Shown: positions 37,578 to 42,057 of the stretch, in pieces | Position numbering within the stretch: position 1 is the stretch's first letter | Layout: the number at the start of each line of letters is the position of its first letter | DNA from: a virus | Direction: 5' to 3' (one strand) | Length of the DNA: 42,057 nucleotides | UHGV virus genome: UHGV-0204900 | Translations under genes and position numbers: made by a program | Notes under the pieces: generated by a model | Seen by the model: the letters and a program-made list of their open reading frames with translations, nothing else | The model's database searches: none | Told to the model about the DNA's origin: nothing

Positions 37578-37747
37578 TATTGTTCACTCCTTTGTTGCTC
37601 AACGGGAGAGGGTTGAAGTTCAATTTTGACGTGTGCTGGAAAGTCGTATGAAACATGGCAACGTCTATCTGTTGAAACAAAGCCATGTGTACCATCAGGT
37701 AATGTGATCTTTACGGCTTGGTCTTTTTGTTGAGAGTGTCTTAGCAT
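37577..37747 (-). CDS. small early protein (56 aa)
   Basis: Start at 37747 sits directly behind the conserved box CGAAGAGGCAAGACCAATG. The track's longer 37774 start is unsupported. Confidence 0.5.
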   Translation of the reverse strand: MLRHSQQKDQAVKITLPDGTHGFVSTDRRCHVSYDFPAHVKIELQPSPVEQQRSEQ

Positions 37748-37775
37748 TGGTCTTGCCTCTTCGTGACATGTCACG

Positions 37776-37955
37776 CTAATGAATGATAGCTGTATTTATA
37801 GGATGCCACAGTTGTAGCAATAACGCTTTTTGCATCGATGAAAGGGCTTGCTGTTCTTGCTCTGTGACATTTTTTGTTGATGCCGTAGACCATTCGATAC
37901 TGCATTTATTTGTTGTTTCATCATGAGTGATGACAACTTCTAACTTCATGGCCAT
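37776..37955 (-). CDS. small early protein (59 aa), unannotated
   Basis: Strong RBS CAGGAGATAAACGTT before ATG. Fills the gap between the Gp157-like gene and the next small gene. Confidence 0.5.
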   Translation of the reverse strand: MAMKLEVVITHDETTNKCSIEWSTASTKNVTEQEQQALSSMQKALLLQLWHPINTAIIH

Positions 37956-38002
37956 AACGTTTATCTCCTGATAATGCGCCCAATAAAGGGCGCTATTATG
38001 AA

Positions 38003-38503
38003 TTAACGAACCATTAATGATCGGTCACCAACTTCTAAGTGAGCACCAGGTATTTCAATTCCGTTTTCAATCGCTTCTTTGATGCCTTTTTTATCAGGTG
38101 CAGTGATGGTTTGAACATCAACCAACTCATCCGGCAACAAAGCCTCATTGTCAATAATGACTCGAACAACACCAGCTCTAGCAGTGAATGTATTTTTTGT
38201 TGTTTTTAATTTATCTAATCCTGAAGCTAATAAGCAGTTAAGAGCATATTTCTTTAGGTTTTTAGCTTGGTTTTCGAATGATTTTTTACGATCAGATAAA
38301 CGTTTAGATTCCTCATCAAGTGTTTTAGCTTGACCTTCGATATTACGAACGTGGTGCATAATCGCATCTAATTTGTCACCTAACTCGCCCTCGATACCTT
38401 CCAGCGTATCTGCGATATCTTCAGGAGAGAATTCTCCTGTTTCAACGAGTTGTTGTAATTTTTCGTAATTGGTCGCCAGTGCAATAGCGGTAGTTTTGGT
38501 CAT
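38003..38503 (-). CDS. Gp157-like protein (Sipho_Gp157 family; recombination-module partner)
   Basis: 166 aa from the start at 38503, behind the box variant AAGAGGCAATCTAATG. Coiled-coil N-terminus. Immediately downstream of the SSAP gene, the usual Gp157 position. Confidence 0.55.
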   Translation of the reverse strand: MTKTTAIALATNYEKLQQLVETGEFSPEDIADTLEGIEGELGDKLDAIMHHVRNIEGQAKTLDEESKRLSDRKKSFENQAKNLKKYALNCLLASGLDKLKTTKNTFTARAGVVRVIIDNEALLPDELVDVQTITAPDKKGIKEAIENGIEIPGAHLEVGDRSLMVR

Positions 38504-40479
38504 TAGATTGCCTCTTCTTTCTGTTTCAGTTGGTCTAAACACTCTTTTTCGATTTGGTTTAATCGACGTAAACGGCCGGATAAATATTTCTCGTAATCGT
38601 TGTCACGACGTTCTTGTGCTGATTTAATATGTGCAGAAATTTCGCGCGTTAATGTAGATGCAATGCCTCGCAATTCATTCTCAGTAACAGCACTACGCAT
38701 AACTTCCGTATGTTTAGTAAATTTCTCGTCTAATTCTTTGCGAATACGCGTGATATCTTCAGCTTTTTCACTCGCGTTTTTAATTTCAAATTCAAGTTTA
38801 TTACTTGCTAAGTATTCAGGGTTATCGTGCATTCCCATAAAGACATCAGAGCTAAAGCCAAGCATTGATAGGGCTTTTTTGATGGCATCAGTTAGTGATT
38901 TTTTAATAGCTTCAGGGTCTGATTTCATTCCCCTAGTTGTCATATATCTGTAAGGGGTAGCTCCATAACTTTCAAATTCAGCTTTTTTACCCTTTTCGGT
39001 TATGTACCAGAATTTAATTTTGATAGAGTGATTTTCTTCATACTTTAGAGAACCATCACCATCGCGTAGAAAGCGAACACCAATTTGTTTGTTATTTTCG
39101 TCAAATACTCGTTCGGTCATTGGGTTTCCGGGTACAAGCTTTTCTTCGATAACTTCGTAACTCCATCCTTCACCGATAGGGCCAAATATTTCAGTAGCAC
39201 GCATAATCATGTAATTGCTGTTTATGCTAGTTCCTGCAAACCCTACACCTTCTAATGGCTTGGTAAATCGTGGGTCTGTTCGTTGCACGCGTTTCCAGAT
39301 ATGTAGATTATTGGAATCACCTGCGTTAAGAACTTCATCAAGCACACTAGCTCGTTGCTCAAAATTATCGTGTTGCACTGATGGTGTCTCAGACTCTTTA
39401 GGTTCTTCGGGTTCTTCAGTTTGTTCGAACACTGGAGAAACCTCTGTTTTTGGGGGTTCTTCTTGTTTCTTACGTGAACGCTTAGGCTTGGTTTCTTTCT
39501 CAACTGTATTTTCTTTGGATACTAAAGAAGCATTATCTGTTTGAATTAACTTAGTTGTAATTTCTTCTTTTTTAGTGTCGTTAGGTTTGCTAATCCCCAA
39601 ATGGAGATCAATCAATTCTTTCCGTGCATTAGGGTTATCTAATAACTCAGGCTGTTTTTTACTTTCAGCGATTAACGCGAAAATCTTTTCACGAGGTATA
39701 TCTAAAATGCCAGCTGTTGTACGTAAATCCATTGACCAGCGTTTCCATGCTTTGTTGTCATCATCTATCAGCTCTTTGGCTTTTTTTACTTGGGATGCAA
39801 GAACATTGTTAGGATCAAAGTCATCTAACAGTGCTAAGGCGATTTCAGTATCTATGGTTGAATAGTTACGCTTGATAGAAGATATCTCTTCTTGTTGTTG
39901 CTCTGGTTCTTCTGTTAGCCAGCTTTCACCTAGTGATTTAGCTTCTTCAACGGTGACATCTTCATTAGCAAACTCATAGATAGCCTGTGCTATTTCCATC
40001 GTTTGCTCAGCATCCATCAAAGATAATTTTGTTATTTCAGCAAGGCCTGTGGCGATATTACGAATTTTGGGGTCTTCTTTGCCTGCAAGGTATTTCAGAG
40101 CAATTGAGAATTCATTGTTAGTTATTTGAGTCTTGCCAAATAGTAATAGACTGGCTATACGAGGTTTTGTGGCTAGCTTTTTAAACTCTCTATATTCGAT
40201 AGGTTTCCATTGAGTACCGTCATACTCATTTTCAACAGCAAATTTTTCATCGAAAGCATCTAAAGTAGGGCATGCAGAACCGTCAAGATGTTCGCTAATT
40301 AACGGCTCATCGGTATTAAAGTTATCCATTGCTTCTGGATATGCTTCAGATAATTTTACTACGGCAGTCGCTGTTGCAAGTTTTGCATTAGCGGTGTTTA
40401 ACGCTATTGCTAACGGTACAGCACCGTTGTTTGTACGAGCCTCGGTCGTAGGCTCAAATACACAGATAAAAGTTTTCAT
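38503..40479 (-). CDS. single-strand annealing protein, Rad52/Sak-like C-terminal domain fused to a large N-terminal extension
   Basis: 658 aa. The C-terminal 250 aa contain Rad52-type blocks GFAGTSINSNYMIMRATEIFGPIGEGW...GMKSDPEAIKKSLTDAIKKALSMLGF. The N-terminal 330 aa are unassigned, followed by a Glu/Lys/Pro-rich acidic linker. Start behind the conserved box. Confidence 0.65.
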   Translation of the reverse strand: MKTFICVFEPTTEARTNNGAVPLAIALNTANAKLATATAVVKLSEAYPEAMDNFNTDEPLISEHLDGSACPTLDAFDEKFAVENEYDGTQWKPIEYREFKKLATKPRIASLLLFGKTQITNNEFSIALKYLAGKEDPKIRNIATGLAEITKLSLMDAEQTMEIAQAIYEFANEDVTVEEAKSLGESWLTEEPEQQQEEISSIKRNYSTIDTEIALALLDDFDPNNVLASQVKKAKELIDDDNKAWKRWSMDLRTTAGILDIPREKIFALIAESKKQPELLDNPNARKELIDLHLGISKPNDTKKEEITTKLIQTDNASLVSKENTVEKETKPKRSRKKQEEPPKTEVSPVFEQTEEPEEPKESETPSVQHDNFEQRASVLDEVLNAGDSNNLHIWKRVQRTDPRFTKPLEGVGFAGTSINSNYMIMRATEIFGPIGEGWSYEVIEEKLVPGNPMTERVFDENNKQIGVRFLRDGDGSLKYEENHSIKIKFWYITEKGKKAEFESYGATPYRYMTTRGMKSDPEAIKKSLTDAIKKALSMLGFSSDVFMGMHDNPEYLASNKLEFEIKNASEKAEDITRIRKELDEKFTKHTEVMRSAVTENELRGIASTLTREISAHIKSAQERRDNDYEKYLSGRLRRLNQIEKECLDQLKQKEEAI

Positions 40480-40491
40480 TGGTCTTGCCTC

Positions 40492-40824
40492 TTAATAAGG
40501 GATTTCTTCGTCAGTTTTTGAAATGGGTTTGCCTTCCAAGCAGAGAAGCATTTGGATTTGATCTTCTAACAAGCTTGATTTCACTTGGGCATCAGCAAGA
40601 ATTTTTTCTTGTTCATTGCGTAGAAAATCAATTTCAGCGTGAATGAGATCAGTTTGAGTAGGCTCTTTAAAAGGGACATCAACAGTATGTTCCGCGATAA
40701 CAAAACCTAGTCCAGCATTGGGATCGGCTTTAAATGCGTAGGCGTTATATTGATAAGAACCATCGAACTGTTTTTGAGCGTGAATATAGAGTGTGACGGT
40801 TAGGCTTTCAGGTTGTGCTTTCAT
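40492..40824 (-). CDS. hypothetical early protein (first gene of leftward operon)
   Basis: 110 aa with a good AAGGAG RBS. Confidence 0.55.
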   Translation of the reverse strand: MKAQPESLTVTLYIHAQKQFDGSYQYNAYAFKADPNAGLGFVIAEHTVDVPFKEPTQTDLIHAEIDFLRNEQEKILADAQVKSSLLEDQIQMLLCLEGKPISKTDEEIPY

Positions 40825-40940
40825 AGCAACTCCTTTAAAATAACGGCGATCAGTGATTTATCATTGGTCTTGCCTCTTCTAGCGTTTGGTCGCGCTAGTA
40901 GAACTCTCGGTTAGCTTTGGTCGGCGACCCGAGGTAAAGG

Positions 40941-40963
40941 AACCCACTTCGGTGGGTTTTTTT
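40941..40963 (+). terminator. plus-strand hairpin plus T-run in the pL leader (candidate antisense sRNA terminator or put/nut-like RNA structure)
   Basis: AACCCAC TTCG GTGGGTT followed by TTTTTT. No plus-strand gene upstream. A second hairpin CTAGCG..CGCTAG lies at about 40873-40894. Confidence 0.45.
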
Positions 40964-41101
40964 ACGTCTGTAACTTATTGCTCGTCTTTCCGAGCCGTCA
41001 TGGTCATATCTTTGTAGCTTTGGTCTGAAATATTCCCTAGTGCTGAATAAGAAGATCTGAACACTTACCTAAACACTTGCTGTGTTGTTTCGAATTAATG
41101 C

Positions 41102-41146
41102 AATATTAGCATTGCTATTTTATCTGTCAATAGCATTGCTAATATT
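41102..41146. promoter_or_regulatory. left operator region OL (two approx 21-bp operators) with pL (-35 TTGACA at 41125-41130, -10 TAATAT at 41103-41108, minus strand)
   Basis: Operator consensus AATATTAGCA-T-TGCTAATATT is a 10-bp inverted repeat around a central T. Copies are centred at 41112 and 41136. The minus-strand hexamers TTGACA and TAATAT are separated by a 16-nt spacer. Confidence 0.6.
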
Positions 41147-41152
41147 TTAGGT

Positions 41153-41180
41153 AAAAAAAAACCACCGCTAATACGGTGGT
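41153..41180 (-). terminator. intrinsic terminator downstream of the repressor gene
   Basis: On the minus strand the stem ACCACCG/CGGTGGT is followed by a T8 run. Confidence 0.6.
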
Positions 41181-41201
41181 CATCTTTAACTCATTGTTAT
41201 T

Positions 41202-41957
41202 TTATGCAAAATCAATCATTCTAATAGGGAGTGATTTTATTACTTTTCCAATAATTCGAAGATCATACATTTCTGATTCTTCAATATAAAACGTTTCATA
41301 AGCAGGATTATCCGATTTAACAGCCAGTTTTCTACCTTTAACTCGTTGTAATCTTTTTATAAATAATGAGTTTTCGAAACTAAAAATATAAACACCATCA
41401 CCATCAAAAAACTCATTGTGGGTGTCAACAAAAACAACATCTCGAGGGTTAATAGCAGGGGACATACTGTCGCCACTAATGTTAATTATTTCAATTCCTT
41501 TTAAGCTTTTACGACCAAATAACTCAAAAACTTTCTCCGGCGAAAACTCAATAGATTTTATGGTGTCAGGGAAATCGTTATTTATAAAGCCACCGGGACC
41601 TGCTTTTGCATATACATCCATTAGTTTTAATGTTGTATGTTCATTTTGAGTGGACGGCATTGGTTGTTTTGTTTCTTCTTCTTTTCTTGTTTTTCTAACG
41701 TAGTCTAATAAAATTTTTAGCTCTGGGTTAATATCTTCCGGATCAACCCTCAATAATGATGCAAACTTTAGAATAGTATCTGTATTTAAAGCTGTTCTAC
41801 CGTTCAGATACTGACTTACGGCACCTTGAGTTGCAAACCCCATAATATCTGCAGCTTTTTCTTGAGTTAAGCCCAGAGATTCTCTTTTGGATTCCCAAAT
41901 ATTTCGTAAGTTCTGAGCTGCAATTTTGTCTGATTCTGAAATTTTTCTATTCATCAT
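41202..41957 (-). CDS. cI: CI-like repressor (HTH_XRE plus S24 LexA-like autopeptidase)
   Basis: HTH LGLTQEKAADIMGFATQGAVSQYLNG in the N-terminal half. Ser-Lys dyad motifs GDSMSP and FIKRL in the C-terminal half. Divergent from cro across a three-operator region. Confidence 0.9.
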   Translation of the reverse strand: MMNRKISESDKIAAQNLRNIWESKRESLGLTQEKAADIMGFATQGAVSQYLNGRTALNTDTILKFASLLRVDPEDINPELKILLDYVRKTRKEEETKQPMPSTQNEHTTLKLMDVYAKAGPGGFINNDFPDTIKSIEFSPEKVFELFGRKSLKGIEIINISGDSMSPAINPRDVVFVDTHNEFFDGDGVYIFSFENSLFIKRLQRVKGRKLAVKSDNPAYETFYIEESEMYDLRIIGKVIKSLPIRMIDFA

Positions 41958-41961
41958 TATA

Positions 41962-42030
41962 TTTTATTTGTATTGCTAATATTTTTCCAATAGCATTGCT
42001 ATTGATTTATTAAATTAGCATTGCTAATAT
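41962..42030. promoter_or_regulatory. right operator region OR (three operators centred 41972, 41995, 42020) overlapping pR (-35 TTGATT 42001-42006, -10 TAATAT 42025-42030)
   Basis: The copy at 42010-42030 is AAATTAGCATTGCTAATATT, 18/20 to the palindrome. Centre spacing is 23 and 25 bp. The Cro RBS AGGAG follows at 42045-42049. Confidence 0.6.
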
Positions 42031-42057
42031 TCTGTTGTTAAATAACAGGAGAAAAAC

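Noticed and set aside
37501-37695. 64-aa minus-strand ORF overlapping the 56-aa gene at 37577-37747
   Set aside because: It is out of frame with, and overlaps, an ORF that has the conserved initiation box, and it has no RBS of its own.
40850-40880. Possible gene behind the extra copy of the GAGGCAAGACCAATG box in the pL leader
   Set aside because: The ATG opens a reading frame of only four codons (MINH stop), so it is not a protein-coding gene. The box itself is retained as an observation.
1-42057. CRISPR arrays, IS elements and transposase genes
   Set aside because: No regularly spaced direct repeats with unique spacers and no terminal inverted repeats flanking a transposase-like ORF were seen. 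The only mobile-type gene is the phage integrase.

Overview
The window reads as a nearly complete, circularly permuted temperate phage genome of about 42 kb. It has a lambdoid regulatory layout and a contractile-tail (Mu/P2-like baseplate) structural module. It is opened between a CI-like repressor at the right end (minus strand) and a Cro/YdaS-like gene at position 1. The Cro ribosome-binding site sits in the last 15 nt of the window, so the ends must join if the molecule is circular or tandem. Going clockwise the order is as follows. (1) Cro, a YdaT-like protein, a small ORF, an O-like replication initiator (with internal iteron-like repeats and an AT-rich stretch that may be the origin) and DnaB helicase. 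(2) A strongly AT-rich three-gene cassette of DNA methyltransferase, DUF262 (ParB/GmrSD N-domain-like) and a HEPN protein with an Rx4H motif. (3) nin-like genes (YbcO-like nuclease, Q antiterminator), a pR'-like promoter and tR'. (4) A beta-class methyltransferase, then the lysis cassette: dual-start two-TM holin, SAR endolysin, Rz and embedded Rz1. (5) TerS (carrying a dense TGCGCA palindrome array) and TerL, then portal, Mu-F-like protein, scaffold and major capsid protein. (6) Neck genes, sheath, tube, a tail chaperone with a canonical -1 slippery site, tape measure, baseplate (spike, W-like, J, I-like) and a tail fibre with tandem fibre repeats. (7) An AT-rich OafA-type acyltransferase on the minus strand, a frameshift-disrupted small minus-strand ORF, a tRNA-type terminator, and the 3' 47 nt of a tRNA-Pro gene (attP core). 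(8) An AT-rich two-gene cassette of a small protein plus a protein with a COG4271/Cap12-PycTIR-like TIR domain, then integrase and excisionase. (9) A run of very small early genes, a Gp157-like protein, a Rad52-like annealase with a large N-terminal extension, the OL/pL region, and cI. The most interesting content is the two AT-rich accessory cassettes, which look like candidate defence or abortive-infection systems. Also notable are a conserved 16-nt translation-initiation box shared by early genes, and structured non-coding elements in the pL leader where no N-like gene is present. The host is probably a low-GC enterobacterium (Morganellaceae-like); this is inference from composition only.
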